Made by a program: the position numbers and the translations under genes. A model generated the notes under the pieces. It was not told where the DNA came from and ran no database searches. It saw nothing but the letters and a program-made list of their open reading frames with translations. A stretch of DNA of 64,000 bases from an uncultured Actinomycetes bacterium (GTDB lineage: Bacteria > Actinomycetota > Thermoleophilia > Gaiellales > Gaiellaceae): the NCBI GenBank assembly GCA_963712465.1, contig CAVQHY010000007.1:81379-145378 (forward strand), given 5' to 3'. This document shows, in pieces, positions 1 through 9,257 of the stretch. Position 1 is the first letter of the stretch; each line of letters starts with the position of its first letter.

Positions 1-227
1 ATCCCCGCGCCGGCGCGACCGGGCCGCGCCCCCGGGTACTCGAAGAAGGTGATGTCGGCGCCGGGCGATCCCTTCTCGTCGGCGTAGAACAGGTGATACA
101 CGGTCGGGTCGTCCTGATTGACGGTCTTCTTGACGAGGCGCAGGCCGAGCACGCGCGCGTAGAAGTCGACGTTGCGCGGCGCGTCGCCCGTGATGCACGT
201 GACGTGGTGGACTCCCTCGAGTCTCAT
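1..227 (-). CDS. VOC/glyoxalase-family protein (ring-cleaving dioxygenase-like). Only the 5' part is present; the gene runs off the window start.
   Basis: Reverse-strand translation from ATG at 227 gives [67 protein letters not shown]. This is a typical VOC N-terminal module. It is truncated by the window edge, so it is absent from the ORF track. Confidence 0.7.
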   Translation of the reverse strand, partial: MRLEGVHHVTCITGDAPRNVDFYARVLGLRLVKKTVNQDDPTVYHLFYADEKGSPGADITFFEYPGARPGRAGAG

Positions 228-304
228 GGCGGCTCCCAGATCTTTGACTACACAAATACCAACGCGAGACGGTCGATCGCTCTTCCCGTATCTTCCCTGC
301 GCGC

Positions 305-3300
305 GTGGTATCGACGCACGAACTCCCACCACCCCACCCCCGCCCTGTCGGGCGCGACCCCACTGACACCGCGGAACTTCTGAAGCCGTACGTCCCGCGG
401 CTCCTGATCACGTGGCTTCGCGAATCCCCCGTCGAGCGGACGAGAGAGATCGACGGGACGCTCGCGTTCGTCGACATCTCCGGCTTCACGACGATGACCG
501 AGCGGCTCGCGCGGAAGGGCAAGGTCGGCGCCGAGGAGGTCAGCGACACCCTCAACTCGTGCTTCACCGAGCTCCTGTCCGTCGCCTACGACTACGGCGC
601 GGGGCTCGTCAAGTGGGGCGGCGACGCCGTCCTCCTCCTCTTCGAGGACGACGAGCACGCAGCGCGGGCCTGTCGCGCATCGCTGGGCATGCAGCGGACG
701 TTGCGGGCGATGGGCCGGCTGCGCACCTCCGCGGGCTTCGTGACCCTGCGCATGTCGATCGGCATCCATTCGGGGAGTTTCCTGTTCCTGCTCGCCGGCG
801 ACAAGCACCGGGAGCTCGTCATCGCCGGGCCTTCGGCGAGCGCGACCGTCGACATGGAGTCCGTCGCCGACGCCGGCGAGGTGGTGATCAGCGCGGCGAC
901 GAGCGCGTTGCTCGACCCGTCCGTGGTCGGCAAGCCGAAGGGCACGGGCCGGCTCCTAACCGCCGAGCCCGCAGTTTCGGTCGAGCGGGCGGCGCCGGCC
1001 CCCAGCGTCACCGGTCTCGACCTCGCGGCGTGCATCCCGCTCGGCATCCGCGAGCACCTCCTCGCCGACGCGGGAGACGCCGAGCATCGCTCGATCACCG
1101 TCGCGTTCGTTGAGTTCGGTGGTACGGACGATCTCCTGGAGCGCTCGGGCCCAGACACGCTTGCGGAGGCGATCGGCGAGACGATCGGTGCGGTTCAGGA
1201 GGCGGCGCACCGCCACGGCGTCGTCTTCCTCGAGTCAGACATCTCGCGCAACGGCGGCAAGATCCTGCTTCTCGCGGGTGCGCCGCGGAGCACGGGCGAC
1301 GAGGAGGAGCGAATGCTGCGCACCGCGCGGGCGATCGTCGACGCAAGGGCGCCGCTTCCCCTTCGGATCGGCATCAACTCGGGCCGGGTGTTCGCGGGCG
1401 ACTTCGGCCCGCCGTATCGCCGCACCTACTCCGTGAAGGGCGACGCCGTCAACACCGCCGCGCGGATCATGGGCAAGGCGAGGCACGGCACGGTGATCGC
1501 GACCGAAGGCGTCCTTGCCCGCTCGCGAACGACCTTCCGCACGAGCCCGGTCGGGCCGTTTGCGCTCAAGGGCAAGTCGCAGTCGGTCGCGGCCGCAGAA
1601 GTCGGCGAGCCGGTCGGTCGGACGGAGTCCGACCGGGTCGCACCACTGATCGGCCGCGGCCCGGAGCTCCAGGCGATGCTAGGTGCCCTCGAGTCGGCAC
1701 GCGGCGGCAGCGGGAGGCTCGTGGAGGTCGTCGGCGAGCCGGGAATCGGCAAGTCGCGTCTCGTCGAGGAGCTGCGGGAGCGCGCCAAAGGCACGCCCGT
1801 ACTCTCCGTCGCCTGCGAGCAGTACGAGTCGTCGACGCCGTATTTCTCCTTCTGGCTCGCGCTTCGGAGACTCCTCGGCGTCCGCGACGGCGAGCTGTCG
1901 GCGCGAGTCGAGCAGCGCCTGCGTAGGCGTGTCGGGGAGTCCTGCCCGGAGCTCGAGCCCTGGCTTCCGCTGCTCGGCGTGCTTCTCGACCTCGAGCTAC
2001 CCGAGACCCGGGAGACGGCGGAGCTCGAGGACCGGTTCCGACGTGCGCGACTCGAAGAGGTGACGGCGCAGCTGCTGGACTCCCTGCTCCCGGGCCCCGC
2101 GATCGTCCTGTTCGAGGACGTCCACTGGATGGACGAGGCGTCCGCGGACGTCCTCCGACTGCTGACGACGGGCCTCGCCGATCGCGGCTGGCTCGTTGTC
2201 GCCACGCGCCGCGACGTGGAGACCGGCTTCACCGCGCCCTCGGACGAAAGGTGCGTGACGCTGCGGCTCGAGCCGCTGGGCGAGAGCGACCTGCAGGCAC
2301 TGATCGTGGCCGAGACCGATGACGTACCGATCCCCCCTCACGTCGCCGCCGCTCTGGCCGCCCGGTCGGGTGGCAATCCACTCTTTCTCGGCGAGCTCGT
2401 GAGCGCCTCGCGCGCAGTCGGGATGGATGCGCTGCCAGACTCGGTCGAGGCGCTGCTGTCGGTTCAGATCGATCGGCTCGAGCCGCGCGACCGCACGGTG
2501 CTCAGGTACGCGTCGGTGCTGGGCGCGAGCTTCTCGCAGGATCTCCTGCGCGCCTCGCTCGAGGGGCGGGAGTACGCGCTCGACGATGGCGTCTGGGAGC
2601 GGCTCTCCGACTTCGTACGCCGCGATCGCTCGGGGATCGCGCGTTTCCGACATGCGCTCGTCCGCGACGCCGCCTACGAGGGCCTCCCGTATCGCCGCCG
2701 CGTCGACCTGCACGGGCGCGTGGGCGAGACGATCGAGCGGCTCGCGGGCGCCGAGCTGGACGCCGAGGCGGAGCTCCTGTCGCTCCATTTCTTCAACGCT
2801 CACCGCTTCGACAAGGCGTGGCGCTACGCGCGTGTCGCGGGCGACCGAGCGAAGGCGGTCTACGCGAACGTCGAGGCGTCGGAGTTCTACGAGCGGGCGA
2901 TCCAGGCGGCGCGGCGGCTCGACGACGTCTCGTCGCAGGACGTCGCCGGGGTCTGGGAGTCGCTCGGCGACACGCGTGACCGTATCGGCCTGTACGTCGA
3001 GGGCACGGCCGCGTTCCGCGCCGCTCGCCGGCTTCTCGCCGGCGATGCTGTCGCCGTCGCCGCCCTCTACTTGAAAGAGGCCTGGATGCAGGACCGGCTG
3101 GGCCACTTCTCGCAGGCGCTCCGCCGGGCCCGGCGGGGGCTCACCTCCCTCGAGGGCGTGCCGGGTGCGAAGGCGGCGGCGAAGCGGGCCGAGCTGCTCG
3201 CCTGCTACGGCGTCGTCCGCCAGGGCCAGGGCCGCCAGGCCGAGGCGATCCGGTGGTCCCACCGCGCGGTCGCGGCGGCCGAGCATGCTGGCGAGAAGCG

Positions 3301-4177
3301 GGCGCTTGCGCAGGCGTTGTTCGTTCTCGACTGGGCCTACGTCGAGCTCGGCCAGCCGGAGAACGCGACACGCGCCCGGCTCGCGCTCGCGCTGTACGAA
3401 GAGCTGGGCGACATTGCCGGGCAGGCTGTTGTCTACAACGGGATGGGAGCGTTCGCCTACTGGCAAGGGCGCTGGAACGACGCACTCGACCTCTACGGTC
3501 AGGGTGAAGCCGCATCGAGGCGACTGGGCGACCCCGTCAGCGCGGCAGACGGCAGGTTCAACATCGCCGAGATCCTGGTAGACCAGGGGCGTCTCGGCGA
3601 GGCCGAGGAGCTCGTCCGGGACGCGCTCCGCGTGTGGCAGGCGGCAGGCTCGAAGGCTCGGGTCGCAAACGCGATCCGCCTGCTCGGCCGCATTGCCTCG
3701 CGGACGGGCCGGGTGGACGAGGCGATGGAGCTGCTCGACCGCGCGCGCGCAGACTTCCAGGCGCTCGGGATTCAGTCCGACGTCGTCGAGACCGAGGCTC
3801 GTATCGCCGGGGCCCTGGTTCGTAGCGGCAGCTCCGTGGAGGGGCTCCGGCTGGCCGAAAGCGCTCTCGAGCGGGCAAGCGGCCTCTACGTCCCGCTCCT
3901 CCAGCGCGTCCGCGGATACGGGCTGATCCAGCTCGGAGAGTTCGAGGCGGGTCGCGTCGCGCTAAGCGACAGCCTCGACTCGGCGCGGACTCAGAGCGCC
4001 GACTACGAGGCGGCGGTCACCCTCGACGCGCTCGCCAACCTCGCCGAGCTCACCGCGGACGGCTCCGCTCCGGCTCTGAAGGCTCAGCGCGACGACATCC
4101 TCGCCCGCCTCGGCATCGTCTATATCCCGCCGTTCCCGGTGGCCGGCCGGCATGATCGGCCGGCCACCGCCTCGTAG
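305..4177 (+). CDS. Multidomain signalling protein: two tandem class III adenylate/guanylate cyclase homology domains, an AAA_16/STAND P-loop NTPase and a TPR-like helical C-terminal region.
   Basis: 1290-aa ORF with GTG start. CHD1 motifs are FVDISGFT and [13 protein letters not shown]2 motifs are FVEFGGT and [13 protein letters not shown]. Walker A is [14 protein letters not shown] (about nt 1735-1765). A long Leu/Ala/Arg-rich repeat region follows. Confidence 0.85.
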   Translation: MVSTHELPPPHPRPVGRDPTDTAELLKPYVPRLLITWLRESPVERTREIDGTLAFVDISGFTTMTERLARKGKVGAEEVSDTLNSCFTELLSVAYDYGAGLVKWGGDAVLLLFEDDEHAARACRASLGMQRTLRAMGRLRTSAGFVTLRMSIGIHSGSFLFLLAGDKHRELVIAGPSASATVDMESVADAGEVVISAATSALLDPSVVGKPKGTGRLLTAEPAVSVERAAPAPSVTGLDLAACIPLGIREHLLADAGDAEHRSITVAFVEFGGTDDLLERSGPDTLAEAIGETIGAVQEAAHRHGVVFLESDISRNGGKILLLAGAPRSTGDEEERMLRTARAIVDARAPLPLRIGINSGRVFAGDFGPPYRRTYSVKGDAVNTAARIMGKARHGTVIATEGVLARSRTTFRTSPVGPFALKGKSQSVAAAEVGEPVGRTESDRVAPLIGRGPELQAMLGALESARGGSGRLVEVVGEPGIGKSRLVEELRERAKGTPVLSVACEQYESSTPYFSFWLALRRLLGVRDGELSARVEQRLRRRVGESCPELEPWLPLLGVLLDLELPETRETAELEDRFRRARLEEVTAQLLDSLLPGPAIVLFEDVHWMDEASADVLRLLTTGLADRGWLVVATRRDVETGFTAPSDERCVTLRLEPLGESDLQALIVAETDDVPIPPHVAAALAARSGGNPLFLGELVSASRAVGMDALPDSVEALLSVQIDRLEPRDRTVLRYASVLGASFSQDLLRASLEGREYALDDGVWERLSDFVRRDRSGIARFRHALVRDAAYEGLPYRRRVDLHGRVGETIERLAGAELDAEAELLSLHFFNAHRFDKAWRYARVAGDRAKAVYANVEASEFYERAIQAARRLDDVSSQDVAGVWESLGDTRDRIGLYVEGTAAFRAARRLLAGDAVAVAALYLKEAWMQDRLGHFSQALRRARRGLTSLEGVPGAKAAAKRAELLACYGVVRQGQGRQAEAIRWSHRAVAAAEHAGEKRALAQALFVLDWAYVELGQPENATRARLALALYEELGDIAGQAVVYNGMGAFAYWQGRWNDALDLYGQGEAASRRLGDPVSAADGRFNIAEILVDQGRLGEAEELVRDALRVWQAAGSKARVANAIRLLGRIASRTGRVDEAMELLDRARADFQALGIQSDVVETEARIAGALVRSGSSVEGLRLAESALERASGLYVPLLQRVRGYGLIQLGEFEAGRVALSDSLDSARTQSADYEAAVTLDALANLAELTADGSAPALKAQRDDILARLGIVYIPPFPVAGRHDRPATAS

Positions 4178-4186
4178 AACACTCTC

Positions 4187-5815
4187 TCAGCGTCCCCTGA
4201 CGAACGGGTCATGGGTCAGGATGAACTTGACGCGCAGGTCACCCTGCATGTCACGGCGCTGCTTCGCGATGCACGGAGGTCCGGCCTTCCAGCAGAAGGG
4301 GATCGGATCTGTCACGTGCCCGTCATCGTCGACCTTGCAGAAGGTCACCCGCTTGCTTGCGAGGATCTGGTAGATGATGTCGAACGCGGTCGAGAAGTCC
4401 TGCTGCCCGGAGATGACCGGCAGCAGGTCGAGCCACCGAGTCGGCAGCTGTGACCGGTCGATCTCGAGCCAGAGGACCAGGGGGTTGGCCGCGCTGACAC
4501 CGGGCGGAACCGCGACGGTCACGCCGGTCCCCACCGTACCGTCGCAGGGGCTTCCGGGCACGTTGAACACCGTGAGCGAGAGGGTTCCCGCACCGGCGCC
4601 CGCGGGAGTGGACGCCTGCGCGACGGTGTTGTTCGTCGGGCTGGTGTCCGTGCCGGTCGACGCCGTGCAAGCGCTGGTACCGCTGCACACCGTCGAGTCC
4701 GACGTCACGTTAAAGGTCGCGCTCGTAGCCGAGACGTCGCCGGCCTTCGCAACCAGCGTGTAGCCGATGCCAGGCTGGCCGATCGAGAGATCGCCGAACG
4801 TGGCTGTTCCTCCCGTGCTCGTCTGCGGCGTCGACCCCGAAAGGACGCCCGTGCCCGGCGGGTTCGCTCCGATCTCGAGGTCCACGGACGTCTCGACCGC
4901 GTTGCCCCATGCGTCGTCGACGTCCGTTGTAACCGCGGGTGTGATCGTCGCGTTGAACTCAGTGTTCGTCGGCTGCTGCCCGAACGCGATCGCGGCGGGT
5001 GGCCCGGGCTGGACGTCGACGCCGGTCGCCCCGGCGACGACGCCGTTCGAAACGGTCAGCGTCTGCCCGAGGCCGGCCAGGAAGGCGGTCACGTTGGCCA
5101 CGGCCGTGCCACCGCTGAACGAGAGCGCCCCGTACACGGGCACCGTGCCGTTCGGAGCGTTCCCGAGCCCGCCGAGAGCAGGGGCACCGACGTTGTCGGT
5201 CGCGTTCCCGCAACTGTCGGCGGCGTGGACCGTGACAGCGAACGGAGGAGGCCCGGCTGTCTGCGTGCCGATCGCGTCGAACGAGAACACCGCTGCCGCG
5301 CCCGGCACGACCGAGGTCGTCGGCTCGGCCCCAACCCGCGAGAAGGAGTTGCCGGTGAAGGTGTTCCCCTCCTTGGCCGCCGTTGGCCATGTCGATGTTG
5401 CGAGCGGACAGGGGACCGTGGCCGAGATGGTCACGTCGACGGCCTGGCCGGGCGAGAGACGATTCGCCGTCGTCGTGCCGCCGGCGCGAAGCTGAAGAAC
5501 CGCTCCTACCTTAGTCGCCGTCCAGACCTTGCCGGCCGGCGGCGTCAACGAGTTCACGCTCGCGAGCCCGAAGCCGGCCGGCACCGTCACGTTGGCCGAG
5601 CCGAGCTTGAACGAGGTACTTGTCGGCGAGGTGTTCTTGATCGTCACGGTGAAACTCGTCGTCGAGCCGGCGGCAGCGCTCGTCGGCGAGATCGAGGGCG
5701 TGTAGAACCTCGTGGCCAGCGCGGCCGGAGCCAGCGCGGCCGCGAGGCCGAATATCGCCAGGAACACGAGTAACCGCCGATGACCTCGCCCGCGAAGCAA
5801 CCGAGTGCCGACCAT
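4187..5815 (-). CDS. Secreted or cell-surface protein with Ig-like (CARDB/Big-like) beta repeats; function unknown.
   Basis: Signal peptide MVGTRLLRGRGHRRLLVFLAIFGLAAALAPAALA. The body is rich in Thr/Ser/Gly/Val/Ala repeats. The C-terminal domain contains Cys residues. High GC3 in this frame. Confidence 0.6.
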   Translation of the reverse strand: MVGTRLLRGRGHRRLLVFLAIFGLAAALAPAALATRFYTPSISPTSAAAGSTTSFTVTIKNTSPTSTSFKLGSANVTVPAGFGLASVNSLTPPAGKVWTATKVGAVLQLRAGGTTTANRLSPGQAVDVTISATVPCPLATSTWPTAAKEGNTFTGNSFSRVGAEPTTSVVPGAAAVFSFDAIGTQTAGPPPFAVTVHAADSCGNATDNVGAPALGGLGNAPNGTVPVYGALSFSGGTAVANVTAFLAGLGQTLTVSNGVVAGATGVDVQPGPPAAIAFGQQPTNTEFNATITPAVTTDVDDAWGNAVETSVDLEIGANPPGTGVLSGSTPQTSTGGTATFGDLSIGQPGIGYTLVAKAGDVSATSATFNVTSDSTVCSGTSACTASTGTDTSPTNNTVAQASTPAGAGAGTLSLTVFNVPGSPCDGTVGTGVTVAVPPGVSAANPLVLWLEIDRSQLPTRWLDLLPVISGQQDFSTAFDIIYQILASKRVTFCKVDDDGHVTDPIPFCWKAGPPCIAKQRRDMQGDLRVKFILTHDPFVRGR

Positions 5816-5901
5816 GATGAGAACCCTCCCTCTCGCCGCCAGAGATCGTCAGCGTTTCACAGTGGACAACGATCGTCAACGGCCCTCCGCGCCTTGGAAG
5901 G

Positions 5902-5933
5902 CCATGTTCCGGGGACAGGTCCCGGGGACATGG
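5902..5933. repeat. Palindromic repeat, copy A of the GTCCCGGGGAC-type family.
   Basis: CCATGTTCCGGGGACAGGTCCCGGGGACATGG. Imperfect inverted repeat in the gap between the cofE stop and the surface-protein start. Related copies lie at 19954, 22245, 54743 and 54809. Confidence 0.8.
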
Positions 5934-5944
5934 CCCGCTACGCT

Positions 5945-6637
5945 CTAGGGGAAGAGGTCGCGCTGCGGCGGCATGACGATCTCGCGGGCGCTCCCTTCCC
6001 CTTCGGGCACGCGGTAACCGCGGACGATCGCGGCCGGCACGCCCTGTGCCTGGCCGATGACGAGCTCGGCGGCGCCCGCGAGCTCGTCGGCAACCGCGAC
6101 CACCGTCGCGTGCAGCTCGTAGCCGCGCGTGTCGGGGGTGCCGCGGAGGTCGAGCAGGGGGCGCATCCCGGCCACCCCGATGGCGACGTCGGTCGTCCCC
6201 TGCCGCCACGGCCGCCCGAACGAGTCGGCGACGACCACGGCAGGCGCGACGCCGAAGCGCGCGACGAGCGCGGCACGGAGCCGGGCCGCCGACGCGTCCG
6301 GGTCGCGTGGGAGCAGGACGACCCACCCCTCCCCGGGTGCATTCGAGCGGTCGACTCCCGCGCTCGCGCAGACGAACCCATGCTCGGTCTCCGCGATCAC
6401 CAGTTCGTCACGGCGCCGGCGGATCCGGCGCGCCTCGCGCAGGACGACCGCGAGATAGTCGGCGGCCTGCTCGACACTGCCCTCTGCCTTGGAGACGGCC
6501 TTCTGCGCCACGACGACCACGTCTCCCGTCTCGAGCCCGCCGGCCCGCTCGACCGCGTCGGCGAGCAGGCTGCCCAGATCGGCCCCCGGTTCGATCTCCG
6601 GGAGCCCCGAGAGCGGCAGGATGCGGATCTCAGCCAG
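5945..6637 (-). CDS. cofE: Coenzyme F420-0:L-glutamate ligase, standalone CofE-type with no FbiB C-terminal domain.
   Basis: LAEIRILPLSGLPEIEPGADLGSLLADAV...VVVAQKAVSKAEG...CASAGVDRSN...VVADSFGRPWRQGTTDVAIG matches the CofE fold signature. The start is assigned to CTG 6637 because no ATG/GTG/TTG precedes the conserved N-terminus (see findings). Confidence 0.8.
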   Translation of the reverse strand: MAEIRILPLSGLPEIEPGADLGSLLADAVERAGGLETGDVVVVAQKAVSKAEGSVEQAADYLAVVLREARRIRRRRDELVIAETEHGFVCASAGVDRSNAPGEGWVVLLPRDPDASAARLRAALVARFGVAPAVVVADSFGRPWRQGTTDVAIGVAGMRPLLDLRGTPDTRGYELHATVVAVADELAGAAELVIGQAQGVPAAIVRGYRVPEGEGSAREIVMPPQRDLFP

Positions 6638-7656
6638 GGGCGGTGACGGTCGGCGTCGCCGCCGGCCAGCGCTCGTGAAGCCGCGGCAGCACGTCGCGCG
6701 AGAACAGCTCGAGGAAGCGACGCTGGTCCGGGCCCCGGCGCGTGAAAGATCAGGTGCGTGAAGCCGAGGTCGACGTACGAGCCGATCGCGTCGGCGCACT
6801 CGTCGGGGTCGTCGGTGACGATGAACCTCGTCGGAGCCCGCTCGATGTTCGCGTCGGCGACTCGTTCCATCTCGACCGGATCGTCGATGCCGCTCTTCTC
6901 CTCGGTCGTCAGCGCGAGCGCGGCCCACCACGAGCACGCGTCCCGCGCGGCCGTGAGGTCGGTGTCGTAGGAGACCTTGATCTCGATCATCCGCTCGATC
7001 GCCGAAGGGTCGCGGCCGGCCGAGCGGGCGCCCTCCTCGAGGCTGGCGATCAGCTCCTCGTAGAGCTCGGGCTTCTTGCCGCTGGTGCAGATGAAGCCGT
7101 TACCGACACGACCCGCGAGCTTCGCAGCGAGCGGGCCGGAGGCGGCGACGTAGATCGGCACGGGTTGGTCGGGACGATCGTAGACCGTGGCGTTGTCGGT
7201 TCGGTAGTGCTCGCCGTCGTACGTCACGCGCTCCCCTGTCCAGAGAAGGCGGATCAGCTCGATCGCCTCGGCCAGCATCGCCCGGCGCTCCTTCGCGCCG
7301 GGCCATGGAGATGCGGTGGCCGGAGTCTCGTTCATCGCCTCGCCGGTACCGACGCCGAGGACGACACGGCCGGGGTTCAGCGAGCCAAGCGTGCCGATGG
7401 CCTGCGCCACGATCGACGGGTGGTAGCGCATCGTCGGCGTGAGCACGCTCGTTGCCAGGGTCACACGCTCCGTCCGCTCGCCGAGCGCACCGAGCCAGAC
7501 GAGCGAGTTCGGCGCGTGGCCGGTCGAATGGCGCCACGGCTGGAAGTGGTCGGACACCGCAACCGTGTCGAAGCCCAGATCCTCCGCGACCACGGCGTAG
7601 TCGAGCAGCTCGCGAGGGCCGAACTGCTCTGCCGACGCCTTGTATCCGTAGCGCAT
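6630..7656 (-). CDS. LLM-class F420-dependent oxidoreductase, glucose-6-phosphate dehydrogenase (FGD) family, with an apparent 1-nt frameshift near the 3' end.
   Basis: MRYGYKASAEQFGPRELLDYAVVAEDLGFDTVAVSDHFQPWRH is a typical FGD-family N-terminus. After ...GFTHLIFHAPG the conserved tail DQRRFLELFSRDVLPRLHERW continues in another frame and stops at 6630-6632. The uninterrupted ORF instead runs on to 6397. Confidence 0.75.
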
Positions 7657-7658
7657 CG

Positions 7659-8300
7659 TCACGACGCGATCGCCGTCCGCTCGACCGTGCCCGCGAGCAG
7701 CTCGAGCGTGCGCGTCGGCCGGCCCTCTGCGAGGAACCGCTCGACGTCGGCAGGCGTGTCGAGATCGAGCGCCGTGCCTGGCCGATCGACGACGACCGCG
7801 TCGAGACCTGCCGCGCCCGCGAGCTCGACGTGCCGGGCAGCGCTGCCCTTCACGCCGAAGCAGGTGAGCATCGCCGCAGGCGGCCTCATGGCGACAGCGT
7901 TGGTGCCCGCGTCGACCGCGCGGGCGATCGCGATACCGCGTTCTGGAGTCGCTGCGAGGAGAGCGCCGAGGTCGGATCGCTCGACGAGAGGGATATCGCC
8001 CGAGACGACGGCCGCCAGCGGCCCGGCGACCACCTCGGCCATCGCCGCTGCGAGTGCCTCGTTCCAGCCGAGCCCACGGTCGTCCCACCAGTCGACTCCG
8101 TGTCGGCGCGCAAGCGTAGCCGCGGTCGGGTCCGACGACACGAGCGTGACGGCGCCGACCCCACGGACGACGTCGAGCACGTCGGCGACCATCGCGCGCA
8201 TGAGGTCGGCGCGCTCCGCCGGCGATAGCAGCCCGGCCAGGCGGGTCTTCGCGCCGTCGAGGCGCTTGAGCGGGACGAGCACATGAACGCCCTCAGCCAT
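7659..8300 (-). CDS. cofC: 2-phospho-L-lactate/phosphoenolpyruvate guanylyltransferase (CofC/FbiD).
   Basis: MAEGVHVLVPLKRLDGAKTRLAGLLSPAERADLMRAMVADVL...GLGWNEALAAA...VSGDIPLV is the characteristic CofC pattern. It lies 2 nt upstream of the FGD-like gene. Confidence 0.85.
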   Translation of the reverse strand: MAEGVHVLVPLKRLDGAKTRLAGLLSPAERADLMRAMVADVLDVVRGVGAVTLVSSDPTAATLARRHGVDWWDDRGLGWNEALAAAMAEVVAGPLAAVVSGDIPLVERSDLGALLAATPERGIAIARAVDAGTNAVAMRPPAAMLTCFGVKGSAARHVELAGAAGLDAVVVDRPGTALDLDTPADVERFLAEGRPTRTLELLAGTVERTAIAS

Positions 8301-8464
8301 GGCGCAACGCTACAGAATCAGTGTGACCTCGGGCCCTGGGCGGCTCCGAGCGGCTTTCGACGCCGACAGTCTCTCCCGAGCTGCGGGATATCCGCGATCC
8401 AGATCGGGCTTCGCACGGATGGCCGCCCGGCGCCCACCAGCGACACTCGCGGTGGAGGCTTTGT

Positions 8465-9151
8465 ATGCGGACCACCTACGCCGTGACCTGGCAGGAGACG
8501 GGTACCCCGCCCCATTCGGGCCGGCTGGAGCTTCGCTCGCGCGGCCTGTATTTCGAGGCGACAGAGAACGATGCGAAGCGGACGGCGATCGTGCGCGAGA
8601 TCGCCTACGAGGACGTCGCCGAGATCAGAGTCGGGCGAGTCGAAGCGGAAAGGATCGGCGGCCGGCCGACACTCGTGGTCGAGCGGCGCGCGGGCCGACC
8701 CGTGCGGATCGCGAGCGTCGCTCAGGCGGGCATCATCTCCGAGCTCGCGGAGCGTCTCGCGGCTCTGGTTCTCGGCGGCCGGGGAACGAGCCGCGTGGTC
8801 GCAATCCTTCCGCTGAAGGAGCGCGCTCGAGACCGGGCGCGAGACCTGCTGGCGAACGGCCCGCCGTTCGACCCGGCCGGCGTCGGGCTCGAACGCCATC
8901 ACGTCTTCCTCACCGATCATGAGGTTGTCTTCCTCTTCGAGGCGCCAACACGATCGGTGATCGAGCGCCTGATCGCCGACCCGAGCCTGTGGGCGGCGGC
9001 CGCCGCCTGGCGGGAGCTCGTAGCAGGCCCGGCGCGACTGGCGGAGGACGCGTACGTGTGGGCCCGAACCGACGGGGTCGACGCGGGCAGCTCGTTCGCG
9101 GCCACGTCCGGACGGGACGAGAGCGAGTACGGCGACCTCGATTGCCCGTAG
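8465..9151 (+). CDS. Hypothetical protein.
   Basis: 228-aa ORF with high GC3, divergent from cofC. No motif I recognise. Confidence 0.55.
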   Translation: MRTTYAVTWQETGTPPHSGRLELRSRGLYFEATENDAKRTAIVREIAYEDVAEIRVGRVEAERIGGRPTLVVERRAGRPVRIASVAQAGIISELAERLAALVLGGRGTSRVVAILPLKERARDRARDLLANGPPFDPAGVGLERHHVFLTDHEVVFLFEAPTRSVIERLIADPSLWAAAAAWRELVAGPARLAEDAYVWARTDGVDAGSSFAATSGRDESEYGDLDCP

Positions 9152-9257
9152 CCAACTTCCGTAGAATCCCCTCGGCGCAATCCCGGATTTCGCGGCTGGC
9201 GGCACGGGGCATGGGCGGGAGGATCACTGAGAACCCCAGGTTCCAAGGAGGTCATCG

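Noticed and set aside
5911-5927. GGGAC-NN-GTCCC cores in the palindromic repeats (also at 22245 and 54832) as DosR/DevR boxes for the NarL-type regulator encoded at 12224.
   Set aside because: As I recall it, the mycobacterial Dev box has GGGAC and GTCCC half-sites separated by 4 nt, not 2. These copies lie at gene ends or inside genes, not in promoters of the USP/Dos genes. I found no such box upstream of 9258, 14505 or 16630.
6397-8088. 563-aa ORF spanning cofC antisense, the FGD-like gene and the cofE 5' region.
   Set aside because: It is chimeric. Only the segment from ATG 7656 matches a protein family. The N-terminal 140 or so residues are Arg/Gly-rich shadow-frame sequence overlapping cofC. 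The C-terminal 110 or so residues result from the apparent frameshift near 6730.
9231-9243. GAACC-CCA-GGTTC palindrome just upstream of the USP Shine-Dalgarno sequence, as an operator.
   Set aside because: It has only 5-bp arms, occurs once in the window and sits next to a strong RBS. Chance occurrence cannot be excluded without comparative data.
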